From NCBI RefSeq assembly GCF_018977255.1, contig NW_024704742.1, positions 70,062,001 to 70,126,000 on the forward strand: 64,000 bases of DNA, given 5' to 3'. Of this stretch, positions 1-12,770 are shown one piece after another. A program made the translations under genes and the position numbers. The stretch comes from Callorhinchus milii (taxonomy: Eukaryota). Every line of letters begins with the position of its first letter. The first letter of the stretch is position 1. The notes below the pieces were generated by a model, which was given only the letters and a program-made list of their open reading frames with translations, was not told the origin of the DNA and ran no database searches.

Positions 1-34
1 CCAAAAATTTCACCTTGGAGCCAGTTGAGCTCAG

Positions 35-415
35 GATTTTACTGTAAAGTCAGTGTGTATTTTATAGACAACCGCGGCAGCCAATTTGCACACTATAACG
101 TCCCACACACAGCCATGAAATAAATGAACACATTTTATTTAGGAGATTGTTGGCCAGGACACCAGGCGAGAGAAACTCCCTTCTCTTTTCAAGTTGAGTG
201 CTGGATCTTTAACATCCACAAGCACAGGCACTGACGGGGAGCTCGGTTTAACGTCTCATCTGACAGACGGCATCTCCAATAATACAGCGCTCCCCTCCCC
301 CAGCACTGCACTGGAGCATCAGCCCTAACTTAGGTGCATTCAAAGTCACCCGATGAGGAGCTTGACACATAACTTTCTGACTCAGAGGGTAGAGTACTAC
401 CAATAGAGCCAGGTT
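35..415 (-). mobile_element. Deu-domain SINE
   Basis: Reverse-complement match to 705-1165. Confidence 0.8.
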
Positions 416-704
416 ACGAACCATGCAGACTGTATCAGAGACATAACTGACAGCTCGACAGTTAGGTATTAGCAAAGTGCACTGGATTAATCTCGACACC
501 GCAGCTGTGCACGTCAGGGCTGTCGAGCTCAGTTTGTGTTACCGCAGCAGCGAAACTCACCAATTTTCTTGTATCCAAAGCATTCGTTGCGGGGTGTAGA
601 GTGGGGGAATTAATAAAAAAACAAACCTACAAACTGAATCATTTTAACTCCTTGAATTCTTCTAAATCAAATGTCTATATTTTCTAGCACTCAGGAATGC
701 TGAT

Positions 705-1165
705 CATCGGCCTGACTCAGTTGGTAGTGCTCTCGCTTCCGAGTCAGAGGTTTGTGGGTTCAAGCCCCCACGTCAGGACTTGGAATCGTCTAAGCTGCCA
801 CTCCAATGAAGGGGGCGGGGGCGGGGCTGGGAGTGGGGGGAGATGCTGCATTGTCAGAGGTGTCGTCCTTCAGATGAAACGTTAAACCGAGGTCCCGTCT
901 GCCTGTTCAGGTGGACGTTAAAAATCCTGCAGCGCTGTTGGGAAAGAGAAAGGAGTTTCTCACTCCTGGTGTCCTGGCCAACAATCCCCAAGATAAAAAT
1001 TGGTCACGCACTCCATGACTGTTTATAGAACATTGCCTTGCGTGAACTGGTTGCTGCGTTCACTTACCAATACACAGTCACCACACTTCACAGTAAAATT
1101 CCATGAAGCACTTTGTGATGTCTCGTTAATGCTATATCAAACGCAATGATTATTATTATTATTAC
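705..1165 (+). mobile_element. Deu-domain SINE (SacSINE1/AmnSINE-like), full length
   Basis: tRNA-like head (tcagttggtagtgctctcgcttccgagtcagaggtttgtgggttcaagcc), Deu core (gttaaaccgaggtcccgtctgcctgttcaggtggacgttaaa..gtgtcctggccaa) and (ATT)n tail. Confidence 0.85.
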
Positions 1166-2667
1166 TCATTCATTGAAAGACTCAGGACTGAACTGAGTGT
1201 TGACTTGGGGAATGACTTTGAGTGTGGAGCGTGGGGGGAGAGAATTAATACATCACTATTTAATCTTATCAGAGACCCTAAAGTTCTCACAGTCTTGCCT
1301 AAAGATCTCTGCCTTTAAAATTCTGCTGTATTTTGGAAGATTTTCAAATTCATAGAGTTATACAGAGCGATAAAGAATAACACAGCACAGAAACAGAAAC
1401 TGCTTAACCCAACTAGTCTGTGCCGTTGTTTACACTCCATAGAAGACTACACCCCTCTATTCCCGTCTCCTAAACTCCTCTATTCCCATCTCCTACACCC
1501 CTCTATTCAATCTCCTACACGCCTCCATTCCTGTCTCCTACACCCTTCTATTCCCACCTCCTTCGTGTACATATCAAGTTTCCTCTTAACTATGTTGATA
1601 AGATGTCTTTTTGAGATGACGGGAAAGTGGCTTCTGAATAAAGGCCGGATTCCTGATTTTCCTCTGTTGTTCCGATGGATTTGCCGCTGGCCTGCGGGAA
1701 CGAACGTAGCTCCAGAAATAGATTGGGTGCGTGGGATCGGAGTTCCTGTGGGTTACGTGACCCAGGTCCGGTCACAGGAAACAGTCTCCATTTAAAACCA
1801 ATGGCCCACAGAAATTTACAGCACGGAAAAAGGACATTCATCCCATCATGTCTGTTTCTGGCTCTTTAAAGAACAATCTAGTCGGTCCCATTGATCTCCA
1901 TTGATCCCCTTCAAATGATTTTCTGTTAAGATATCTATCTAGTTCCCTCTTGGAAGTTAATATGGATTCTGCCTTGACCATTATCCCCAGCAAGGCATTC
2001 CACATATCAACAACTCTCTGTGTAAAAGGATTCCTCCTAATCCCTCCCTGTGCTTGCTATCTTAAATCAATGTCCTCCAGTCACTGACCCACCAACCAAG
2101 GAAAATAATTTCTCCCTATCAACACTATAAGCCATTTATCATTTTAAAGATCTTGATCAGTTCTCTGAAACTCATGTTTCTCTGTTCCAGTGAAAATAGC
2201 CTCAATTCCTGCTTGCAGGTAAACCACTCATCCTTGGTATTATAAGAACAACAAATTAAATTTGTATGACACCTTTCATGTTGGCAGGATGTCCCAAGAC
2301 AGTCAGGGAATTGGTCCCGAGCATGGGGTTGGGATAATAATAATCCTGACATTTGATGTAGTGCCTTATCATGTCTTCTGGACGTCTAGGCGAAACAACG
2401 GGTGGAGTGCTGGAAGGTTAGGGCTTGAAGGCTTTGAAGGAGAGGAAATCATCCTAGTGAATGTCCTCTGCACCCTCTCTATTGTCCTATCATCGTTCTT
2501 GTACTGCATCTAGCTCATAGTTTGCACAGGTTAAGCATCACATCTTTGGTTTAGTATCAATTAATATCTATTAATAAATCCTAGGATCCTGTTAGCTTTC
2601 TTCCTAGCTCAATCTACCTGCCTTCCCATCTTTTGAAGAGTTATAATAATTCTTGCCTTTGATATAT

Positions 2668-3008
2668 TGTGGAGTCCTGTAGCGTAGTGGTTAGAGCACT
2701 CGCCTCACAAGTGATATGAACCAGATTCGATTCCCGGGCAGGGCAAAACCTTGGGCAAGTTTCCTTATTTGACACACCTCTGTTTACCTAGTAGTTGGTG
2801 GTCGCTTTTCTGGGGGTAATCCCTTCAAAAAAAATTAATAATTGGGTCACTGAATCCATGACTGTTTGCGGGACACTGCTCTGCGCAATTGGCTGCCACA
2901 TTTCACTCGCAAAATACACAATCAATCTCCTTTATTGCGTGAAGCGCTTTGAGACGTCTCATTGATGTGATAAAGTCCTATATCAAATATAAGGATCATT
3001 ATTATTAT
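2668..3008 (+). mobile_element. tRNA-derived SINE, long older subfamily
   Basis: Same head plus an extra internal segment beginning ctgtttaccta. Confidence 0.85.
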
Positions 3009-3531
3009 AGCGCCTTATCATGTTGTTGAGACTTCTCAAAGCACTTCACAGGATATACTGTAAAGTGCAGTGGCTATGCATTTTATGGGTGAAATGTGGC
3101 AGCCAGTTGCGCATAGCAATTTTCCGCAGACTGCCATGAAGTGAGTAATTGATTTTATTTGGGGGATTGTTGGCCAGGACACCGGAAGAGAGAAACTTCC
3201 TTCTCTTTCCGAATTACGCCATGGGATCTTTTAACGACCACCTAAACAGGCACATGGGGTCTCATCCGAAGAAATGTTTAATAATTTTTAAAAAATCAAC
3301 CTACATGGAGGCTCAAACTACAGGCCATTCAACACATCACATCTGTGCTGGCATTCGCCGAGAAAATACATAATCACTACACTTTATATTAACTCCTGTG
3401 TGGTGGTTTGAGATGTCCTCTTGACATGAAAAGTGCACATGAAAGACGCAATAGGACGATTGTCTTTTTTCTGTGCTTTTTTCTTTGGTTCGATACCAAT
3501 TGCAAGGAGTATTATGAACAATGCTAATAAT

Positions 3532-3905
3532 AGTGGAGTCCCGTAGCGCAGTGCTTAGCACACTCATTTCGCAAGCGAGAGGACACGGGTTTGATTCCCA
3601 GGTGATTCAAAACCTTAGGCAAATTTCCTTACTCCACACGCCTGTGTTTACCTAGCAATAAATGGGAACCCGGTTGTTAGTCGATTGGCGGATCGCTTTC
3701 CAGGAGTAATAATCCCTACCCTACTTGAAAATTGGTCACTCAATCCACGACTGTTTGTAGGACACTGCTGTGCACAGCTGGCTGCCTCATTTTGTCCACA
3801 AAATACACAGTCAATCCACTTTACAGTATATTCTGTGAAGCCCTTTGAGACGTCGCAATCACTTGATAAGGCGCTATATCAAATGCAAAGATTATTATTA
3901 TAATA
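3532..3905 (+). mobile_element. tRNA-derived SINE, long older subfamily
   Basis: Head gtggagtcccgtagcgcagtg; internal ggaacccggttgttagtcgattggcggatcgctttcc; (ATT)n tail. Confidence 0.88.
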
Positions 3906-5282
3906 ATTGTCACACTCTCTTGCTCCAATGCCCTTTAATGTTCCATTTCAAGCATCTACCTCATTCCCTTTTACGAATTTACAAGCATCTGCCTCCATTG
4001 TTACTGGCGGTGAATTTCACATTTCCTCGTCCTCCCTCTGCACGGATTTTTTTTGAGAACGTCCCCTTTAATTCTGCTGAAACCTCACTCACCATCTCCT
4101 TGCTCACCATCTGTTTCCTCTCAGGCAGACAACAATTGCAACACAATTTGCTGTTCATAACCTTGAACAACACGTTTCCCTCTCCCTGAATATCTCTGTA
4201 ACCCAACTCATCTCCTAGGCTTTTATTTCACTGCCAACCTGATCTCCAACCTCACTCGTTCTATCACACAACCTCTATTATTTTTTTGGTCACCCGGGTG
4301 CCTAACACACACGGAAACTCATCATTATGCTTAAGAGTATCCAAACCACACTTAGAGTTGTACCTATTGTATGCCACCTACACGTGGAAATGTCCCCATG
4401 TCTGGATTGCAATGCACACACTCTCACTGTCTGGCAAGCTTTCCCGCTGCTTGTCCAGGTGGGACAACTTCAGCTGTTAGGTTTTGGGCCTACAGGGTTA
4501 ACAGGAGCCAAGTAGGAAGAATCCTGCCCTACGGCATAACCTGATTCCCAGCTTTTCTAACAGGATTCCTAATTGGAAACTTTAGGCAAGTTTCCTTACT
4601 CCACACGCCTCTGTTTACCTAGCAGTAAATGGTTGTTAGTCAATTGGCGGATCGCCTTCCCGGTTTAATAATCGCTCAATAAAAATTTGCCCCTCAATCC
4701 ACAATTGTTTGTGTTTTTATACATGCACAAAAAATGGTCACTCAATCTATGGCTGTTTGTGGGATACTGCTGTGCGTAATTCGCTGCTGTTGTGGATTGA
4801 ATGACCATTTCCTGTGAAAACATCTAATGCAATCGTGGTTGAAGTACAATTCAGCTGAGAATGCCTCTTAGATGTTGTTCAGCTCTGCCATGCGCACAGC
4901 CTAAATTGCCCTCTTTTTTGTGATTTGTGATCTTGATATAAACGTTCAGTTGTTCACTACGGCATTGTAGGAGAATACAAACATACAGCTTGCACTGTGT
5001 AGGGCTGAGCGTTAAAATCGCTGTCATATTGCGTATATAGGTTCAAACCCCAGGAGCTCCCAGGCTAGGGTGACACTCCAGTGCAGTGCTGGGGGCAGAG
5101 TCACTTTGTCGGAGGTGACATCCTTCAGATGAGAAGTTAAAACCGAAGTCGCATTTGTGCCTGTTCAGTTGGCTGTGAAAAATCCCATGGCACTATTCGA
5201 AGAAAGAAGGAAATTTCTTTTTTCCCTGGCCGACAATGATTAACATTGGTCACTTGCTTCATGACTGTTTGTGGGCTGTTAC

Positions 5283-5607
5283 AATAATTATAATAATAAT
5301 AATCCTTGCATTTGATATAGCGCTCATCACGTCTTTTAGACATCTTAAAGCGCTTCACAGAATATGCTGTAAAGTAAATTGACTGTATATTTGTGGGCGA
5401 AACGTGGCAGCCAATTGCACACAGCAGTGTCCCACAAACAGTTGTGGATTGAAAATGACCAATTTATTATTGTTTTTGTTTTTTGAGGGATTATTATCAG
5501 GCGTGTGGAGTAAGGAAACTTGCCCAAGGTTTCGCCCTGCCTAGAATTGAACCCAGGTGTCTCGCTTGCAAGGCGAGTGCTCTAACCACTGAGCTACAGC
5601 ACTCCAC
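5283..5607 (-). mobile_element. tRNA-Ala-derived SINE, short young subfamily
   Basis: Reverse-complement match to 43636-43958. Confidence 0.9.
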
Positions 5608-6004
5608 TTCCAAGACAATAAGTCCTGTGAAGCGCTTTGAGAAGGTTTGATGGCAATATCAAAGTTCAAGTGCTGTTGTATTTTAGGTAAAGAGTGGAAA
5701 AAAATTACCCTTGCACTTGATATCACGCCTCATCACATTGAAACGTCTAAAAGCACTTTACTGAATTTTTCTGTGAAGTGTAGTAACTGTGTATTTTATA
5801 GGTGAAAACCATCAGCCCAATTGCACACAGCAACGTCCCACAAACAGCTCTCGTTTTCATCAAGAGGAGGGGGATTATCAGCCAGGACAATGGGAGAAAT
5901 TATATTCTCTTTTCAAATAGTGCCATGTGATCTTTAATGCCTCATCTGAAGGATGGCACCTCTGACAATGCAATGCGCCCTTCAGCATGACATTATGTCA
6001 GATA

Positions 6005-6490
6005 AAACCTATCCGTGACCCTATCAACCCATCCTTGCCCTGCTCCACTTGCTTCCCATCCTCCAGAATAGTTCAAAGTCCTCATCTTCATTTTCAAGGC
6101 CCTCCATGGCTCTTCTCTCCCTCTGTGATCTGAAAACTCCACATCGACCCTGTCTGCTTCCTCCGCTCAGCGGGCTCCAGCCTGCTCCATGGACCCCCAC
6201 CCTGCCCTCCTCACTTTCAGCAGTCGGGCTTTGAGCCTTTCTATTCCCACCCTTTGGAACTCCATCCCACAGTCCCTTCGCCTCGCTCCCTCCCTTGCCT
6301 CCTTCAAGGCATGTCTCAAGACCTTCCTCTTCGACTGTGCCTTTGCTGACCCTTCTACACCACCCTCACTGCTCTCAACCCCTCCTGATCTCAACCCACA
6401 GCTCGGGTGCAAATCTTGGTCTGTCCAGCGCCTTGGGACATCCTCCTGACGTGAAAGGCTCTAATATAAATGCAATTTGTTGTTGTTGGT
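6005..6490 (+). mobile_element. L2 LINE 3' fragment
   Basis: PTLWNSIPQSLRLAPSLASFKACLKTFLF; tail cagcgccttgggacatcctcctgacgtgaaagg..(TTG)n. Confidence 0.85.
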
Positions 6491-7587
6491 AAGATGCTTG
6501 GACTCACAACCCTAATGACCATGAGGTGAAAGTGTTACTGACCAACATGAGCAGACAGGTCTCTTGTTTTAATGTCCTTGCTAGATATGAGCTGGGCTTG
6601 ATGTGCAGAAACGGTTTCTGATATGACTAGATGATTCTGCACTAAACTGAGATAGTGCGCAAATGGCTGCCGCGTTTCACCCACAAAATATACAGTCGCT
6701 TTACAGTATATTCTGTTAAGTGCGTTGAAACATCTCGACTATGTGATAAGGTGCTATATCAAATGCAAGGATTATTATTATATTATTCTTTATTGGGATG
6801 TTCAAACAAGAAGGCACAGGTTTCAGTTTACAAAGGGCAATGAAGGACAGTGTAGATTTACAGGGATGTTCCTCAGGGAGGAGGGGACACAGCTATCAGG
6901 AGAGCGTGAACAAGTCAGAGCTTTTCTCTCTGGAGTTGAGAGGATTGATAGGGGACCTGATCGAGGGCTTTAAGGTTATGAAAGGATTTGATAAGGTGGA
7001 CGTTGATGGGCTGTTTGCACTTGTTGGTGAGTCTATAACTAGAGGCTGTAAATATAAGCTCATCAGTAACATCTCATGGGGAATTTAGGAGGAACTTCTT
7101 CACACAGAGGCTGGTGAGAATGTGGACCTCACAGAGCTGTGGTTGAAGCAGAATACCTCAACATTTTTATGAGGAAACTTGATGCACACCTGAGGGGGCG
7201 GGGAATAGAGGGGTGTGTGGAGTATAAACGCCTGCGTGGATTTGTAGGGTGGAATGGCTTGCGTCTGTGCTGTAACATTTTATATAATTCTATCCCATGT
7301 AAACCTGGCTCAGGTGGTAGCACTCTGGTCTCTGGATCATGAAGGCTAGACTGGGGGGAGAATGGCGCAGCCACTATATTTTGCCAGAGGCGCTGTCCTT
7401 TGGACGAGAGGTCCTGTCTATGGCTGGTTCAGGTGGTCGTTAAAGATCCCACGATGCTCAAAAAGGGTTGGGAGTTTCTTTCTCCCGGGGTCCTTGTCAA
7501 CAATCCCCTAAAATAAAATAGGTCAATCACTTCATGGATGTTTATGGGATGTTGCTGTGTGCAAAATGGCTGCTGCATACGCCTACA

Positions 7588-7916
7588 AATAATAATAATA
7601 ATAATAATCCTTGCATTTGATATAGCGCTTTTCACGTCGGAAGGATGTCCCAAAGCACTTCACAGAACACACTGTAAAGTGAATTGACTGTATATTTGTG
7701 GGCGAACGCGGCAGCCAATTGCGCACAGCAATGTCCCACAAACAGTTGTAGATTGAAAATGACCAATTTATTATTGTTTTTGGTTTTGGAGGGATTATTA
7801 TTAGGCTCTGTGTGGAGTAAGGAAACTTGCCCAAGGTTTCGCCCTCTGCCTGGAATTGAACTCAGGTCTCTCACTTGCAAAGCGAGTGCTCTAACCACTG
7901 AGCTACAGGACTCCAC
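7588..7916 (-). mobile_element. tRNA-Ala-derived SINE, short young subfamily
   Basis: Near-identical to 35080-35394 and 41105-41436; inserted within a Deu-SINE. Confidence 0.92.
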
Positions 7917-8424
7917 AAAATACAGTCACTACACTTCAGAGTAAGTTCTGGATATTGCAATCAGATTACAGAGGCACAATCTTTATCTTCAAATCCAACT
8001 TGCAAATTTATGACCAACTAGTCCGTTTACATTCCTCCCAAGCCCACATTCGTCCAGTCACTCCTTCTTATTCCCTTTTATAATAATGAACCGGGTGTCT
8101 TGACACATGTGGAAACCCATCACCGTGCTTAAGAGTATCCAAACCAAACTGAGAATTCCATGCATCCGACCTACACACGGAAATCCCAGAGATAGATTTG
8201 TTGGAATGGAATGTGCACTCTCTCCCTGGAGGGAAGCATCCTGCTTATATAATTCTTGATCTTCACTGGTTTCTATCATTATTATTATGTTATTACAGTT
8301 TAAATCACACTGTAGAGGTAGTGTCTAAATGGTTTTCAGTAATGGTCAGCCAGTCCAATAAAACTGCCTCATTACATATGAATGGATGGTACTTTTCTTA
8401 TTACAGTGTATTAAGTAAAGTGAA

Positions 8425-8850
8425 TCTCTCATACACTCTCTTGTCTGTGTGTCTCTCTCTGTCTCACACACACTCGCACACATTCTGTGTTTGTGGTGTA
8501 TGTGTGTCTTATCTTTCACACACATTCTCACAAATCGTGTCTGTTTTTCACACTCACACTCTCTCTTGTCTCTATGTGTCTCTGTCTTTCAAACACTAAC
8601 AATCTTCTCTGTATGTGTGTGTGTGTGTGTGTGTCTCTGTCTTTCACACACACACACACACACACACTCTCTCCCTCCCCCACTCTCTAATGTAATATTT
8701 AATGTGTGCCAAGGTAACAACGACACCCTTTTGACCTCACCTTTCCAGGGTGTGGCAACGTGATAAAATCCTCTAAATATATATTACAGTATATTTGTGT
8801 GTAAGTGTGTGTGTTATCTGTGTGTTATGTGTTTGTACATGTGTTAACAC
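8425..8850. repeat. (TG)n/(CA)n/(CT)n microsatellite cluster upstream of the HTR7-like acceptor
   Basis: Directly visible. Confidence 0.9.
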
Positions 8851-9044
8851 ATTAAATTATCCCATTTAAGCCAGGAAACCACCCCATCTCTTGCTCTCTC
8901 TTGCTCTCTCCCTCTTTGTGAAGCGTTGTGGGAATAGGATTATTAACAGTCCCAGTTCCACTGATGATTATATTATTAATAATAATAAAACTTGTATAGT
9001 TATTAATACAATTATTAATATATTTGTCTGGTCATGTTTTTCAG

Positions 9045-9816
9045 ATATTTGGGGATAACTCGCCCTCTGACATACCCGGTGAGGCAGAACGGACGCTCGA
9101 TGGCTAAAATGGTGCTGATGGTTTGGTTGCTCTCGGCCTCTATCACTTTGCCGCCCTTGTTCGGCTGGGCCAAGAACGTCACGGTGGAGCGAGTGTGCCT
9201 CATCAGCCAAGACTTCGGCTATACCGTTTACTCCACAGGGGTGGCCTTCTACATGCCCATGACCGTCATGTTGGTCATGTACCATAGGATTTACAAGGCG
9301 GCCAAAATCAGCGCCGAGAGGCACAAGTTTGCCTGTGTCCCCTGGCGCTGTGAGCGGGAGGGGATCTACAGCATGGACAAGGACTCGCGAGCCCAGCATC
9401 CCGGGAAGCGGTCGAAGGCCGCGGAGGAGTGTGTGACCTTATCCAGGTTCCTCAGGCACGACAGGAGAAACATGTCTATCTTCAAGAGGGAGCAGAAGGC
9501 GGCTAGAACGTTGGGCATCATCGTGGGTGCCTTCACCTTCTGCTGGCTCCCTTTCTTCCTGCTCTCCACCGCCCGTCCTTTCATCTGTGGCATTGAGTGC
9601 AGCTGCATGCCCCTGAGGCTGGAGAGGACATTGCTCTGGCTGGGCTACACTAACTCCCTCGTCAACCCCATCATCTACGCCTTCTTCAACCGGGACCTGA
9701 GGACTACCTTTTGGAATCTGCTCCGCTGCCAATACCGCAACATCAACCGCAGGCTGTCAGCCGCCAGCATGCATGAGGCACTCAAAGCCACCGAGAGGCA
9801 CCAGTGCATATTATAA
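9045..9816 (+). CDS. HTR7: Terminal coding exon of a 5-hydroxytryptamine receptor 7-like GPCR (TM4-TM7 and C-tail); exon 1 not in window
   Basis: Translation has YLGITRPLTYPVRQNG, VWLLSASITLPPLFGW, CLISQDFGYTVYST, REQKAARTLGIIVGAFTFCWLPFF, NPIIYAFFNRDLR and RNINRRLSAA, all 5-HT7-typical. Acceptor tttttcAG (9043-9044) splits the Arg codon of the DRY motif, as in the known HTR7 intron. TAA at 9814-9816. May be a paralogue rather than the strict orthologue. Confidence 0.93.
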
Positions 9817-11887
9817 CCTGGAATCTCAGCTCTCACAGGGCCGACACGCTCCAGCCAAGTCGGCTGATAGCACCATTGCCAAAGGCGTCGACCCTCAGAA
9901 GAGATATTTCGCCGACAAAAATACACGGTCCATTCACAATGGACGGTCCATTCACAATATATTTACAATATATTCTGTGAAGCGCTGTGAGATGTATCAA
10001 TGACGTGATAAGGCACTGTATCAAATGCAAGGATTATTATTACTGATAACTGCGCTGCTGACCTCATCCTTCCTATTCCCCTCTTGTTCGGCTGTGTTTA
10101 AGGTTTAAATGTTCAATTATGCTACCGCAAAGAAAATCATTGGGCAGAAAAATTTCAACGTTCAATCTTTAATCAAACTATAAGAATCATTGCTGTTGAT
10201 ACGGCGCCTTTCATGTCAGGAGCACGTCTCAAAGCGCCCTATAGGATTTTTCTGTAAAGACTGTGTGGTTTATAGGTGAATGAGCGTCTTCATCATGTCA
10301 CTCGGCACCTGAGCTGGGTTTGGGAGCCGATAGATTGGAGTGTGGGGGGAGGGGAAAGAGTCCCGAAGGTCTTCAGACGGATCTTGAAAGAGGCAAAGGA
10401 GGGAGCAAGTCGGAGGGACTCCGGGATGGAGTGCTGGATGTCTAAAAGCACTTACAGTAAATTTGTCTGAAAGGATCTACAGTAAATTTTGTACCAATTT
10501 GCTACTGTGGGATACAAAGTAGCCTTGAAGCAGAAGACTGATTTTGTATCAGGGGAGTATCAGCCGGGACACTGGGAGAGAGAAACCCCCATCTCGTTCT
10601 TCGAATAGTGTTGGGGATCTTTAACATCCTCCTGAACAGGGCACAGACGGAACCTCGGTTTGAACGTCTCATCCGACAAGGCAGCAACCCCTCCCCCAGC
10701 ATTGCACCCACTCACTGGAGTGACAGCCTGGGGCTGAGAGTTTAAAATCCCCAACTTGGGAGCTTGAACCCACAACGTTTCTGACTTGGACACGAGAGCG
10801 TTACAGGCTAAACCAGGCTGACAGTAACATTAACTCATCCTCAAAGAGATGTAATGATCCGGAAAGAAAGAAAATAACAGGACAGGCCACAGCCTGGGAG
10901 ATCTCAGCATCAATCTTGTCCTGGCGTAGAGGCAAAACTAAGCACAGTTGGAAAGGAACGTTCGCTTTTGGTTGATAAATGGGACTGAACTGAATGACAT
11001 TGCACTGGGATGTAATGAGGAGAGAAAGGACAGGAAACAAAAATAATTTGTATTTACATAGAGGGGAGTGACTGAGAAGTGATCAGTATTGAAGTCAAAA
11101 ACAGCTTGCCAGATTGTTGCATTTTATGTTGTAAGACACCAAGCCAGGGTGCCTTGTATTTAAAATATGTATAATATATCTGTGTGTGTGTGTGTGTGTG
11201 TCTGTACGTATTTACAGGAAATTAATCAGACACCACAGAAGATCTTGTGTTTGTCTTACGGACAACTTTCAAGATGACATACATTAGAATACATTAGAAT
11301 ATACAGCACAGAAACAGGCCATTCGGCCTAACTGGTCTATGCCGGTGTTTATGCTCCACATGAGCCTCCTCCTGCCCTTCCTCAACTAAGTCTTCAAGCT
11401 CCCATCCCCAGCTCAGGTGCCCATCCAAGCCCCATATCAGGACTTTGAACTAACATTCCAGGCTCCAATTCATGCTGGAACGTGCCCTGATTACCTAATT
11501 CCAGAGAGTATTAGGTGCAGGTTGGCAAGAGCTAAGGCTTGGGACCCCAGAGAGTGCGTCGGGGTAACTGCTGGAGTCTAAACAGCCAAAACCACATAGG
11601 TTACCACTGGGAGTATTGTCCAGCAAACTTCCCTCTGCTTGTCCAGCTAGGACCACCTTACCCAGTGTATTCTGGGGTGAAAGTGAGCTCTGAATTGTCA
11701 GACGTATCGTCCTTGAGCTGAGACATTAAGCCAAGGCCCTGTGTGTGCCCTGTTCAGGTCGATGTTACAGATCCAATGTCATGATTGGAAAAGAGAAAAG
11801 AGTTTCATTTTTCCTGTATCTTGTTGACAATTCCCCAGATAAAATCAGTCATTCACTTCATGGCTGTTTGTGGGGCATCGCTGCGTA

Positions 11888-12545
11888 CAAACTGGTTGTT
11901 GAATTCACCCACAAAAAGATACATAGTCACTACATGGGACTTTTTACCCTAAATTCCTTTGAAGTGCTTTGAGAAATTATAAGGCACTGCATCTTATGCG
12001 ACGATTAATATTAATAATAAGATAGCAACAAGAACAAATTACATTTGTATAGCGCATTTCATGTTGGGAGATCGTTCCAAGGAAGAGGGCACAGGTTTCA
12101 GGTTACAAAGTGCAATTTAGGACAGACACCGGGAAGTTTGTCTTTACCCAAATGGTAATTAATAGCTGTAACAGGGATTTATTTGGAAGGATATTGTAGC
12201 GTTAGATACAGAGAGAACAGTGTAGATTTACAGGGATGTTCGCAGGGAGGAGAGGACACAGCTATCAGGAGAGAGTGGACATGTCAGAGCTTTTCTCTCT
12301 GGTGTTGAGAGGATTGACAGGGGACCTGATCGAGAGCATTAAGGTTATGAAAGGATAAGGTGGACGTTGATGGGCTGTTTGCACTTGATGGTGAGTCTAT
12401 AACTAGAGACTGTAAATATAAACTCATCTCATAGAGAGATTAGGAAGAACTGGTGAGAGCGTGGACCTCACTGACAAGAGCTGTGGTTGAAGCAGAAAGC
12501 GTCAACATATTTAAAAGGAAACTTGATGCATATGTGAGGGGAATA
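11888..12545 (+). repeat. Composite segment (SINE tail, L2 tail, CR1 3' pieces) duplicated in inverted orientation at 16245-16934
   Basis: Long near-identical reverse-complement match that includes the junctions. Confidence 0.9.
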
Positions 12546-12770
12546 GAGGGTGTAGAAGAAAGGAATAGAGGGGTATAGGAAAGGGGTGTACAGGGTGTAG
12601 GAGAGGGGAATAGAAGGTGTGGGAGAGGGGAATAGAGGCTTGTAGGAGAGGGGAATAGAGGGGTGTAGGAAAGGGGAACAATGGGGTGTAGGAAAGGGGA
12701 ATAGAGGGGTGTAGGAGAGAGGGATAGGTTTTAATAGGGGAATGGAGAGGTGGAGAAAAGGGGAATAGGA
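12538..12770 (+). repeat. ~23-bp G-rich minisatellite (ggggaatagaggggtgtaggaga)n within a CR1 3' UTR
   Basis: About 10 degenerate units; related reversed array at 1448-1562. Confidence 0.85.

Noticed and set aside
3979..4206. 75-aa minus-strand ORF with CCNCC
   Set aside because: Partly overlaps decayed CR1 3' sequence; no family recognised.
9034..9044. ATG start of the 260-aa ORF
   Set aside because: Lies in the acceptor pyrimidine tract; the receptor lacks TM1-3 here, so the true start is in an upstream exon.
8968..9732. Minus-strand ORFs of 143, 80 and 97 aa
   Set aside because: Antisense shadows of the GC-rich HTR7-like exon.
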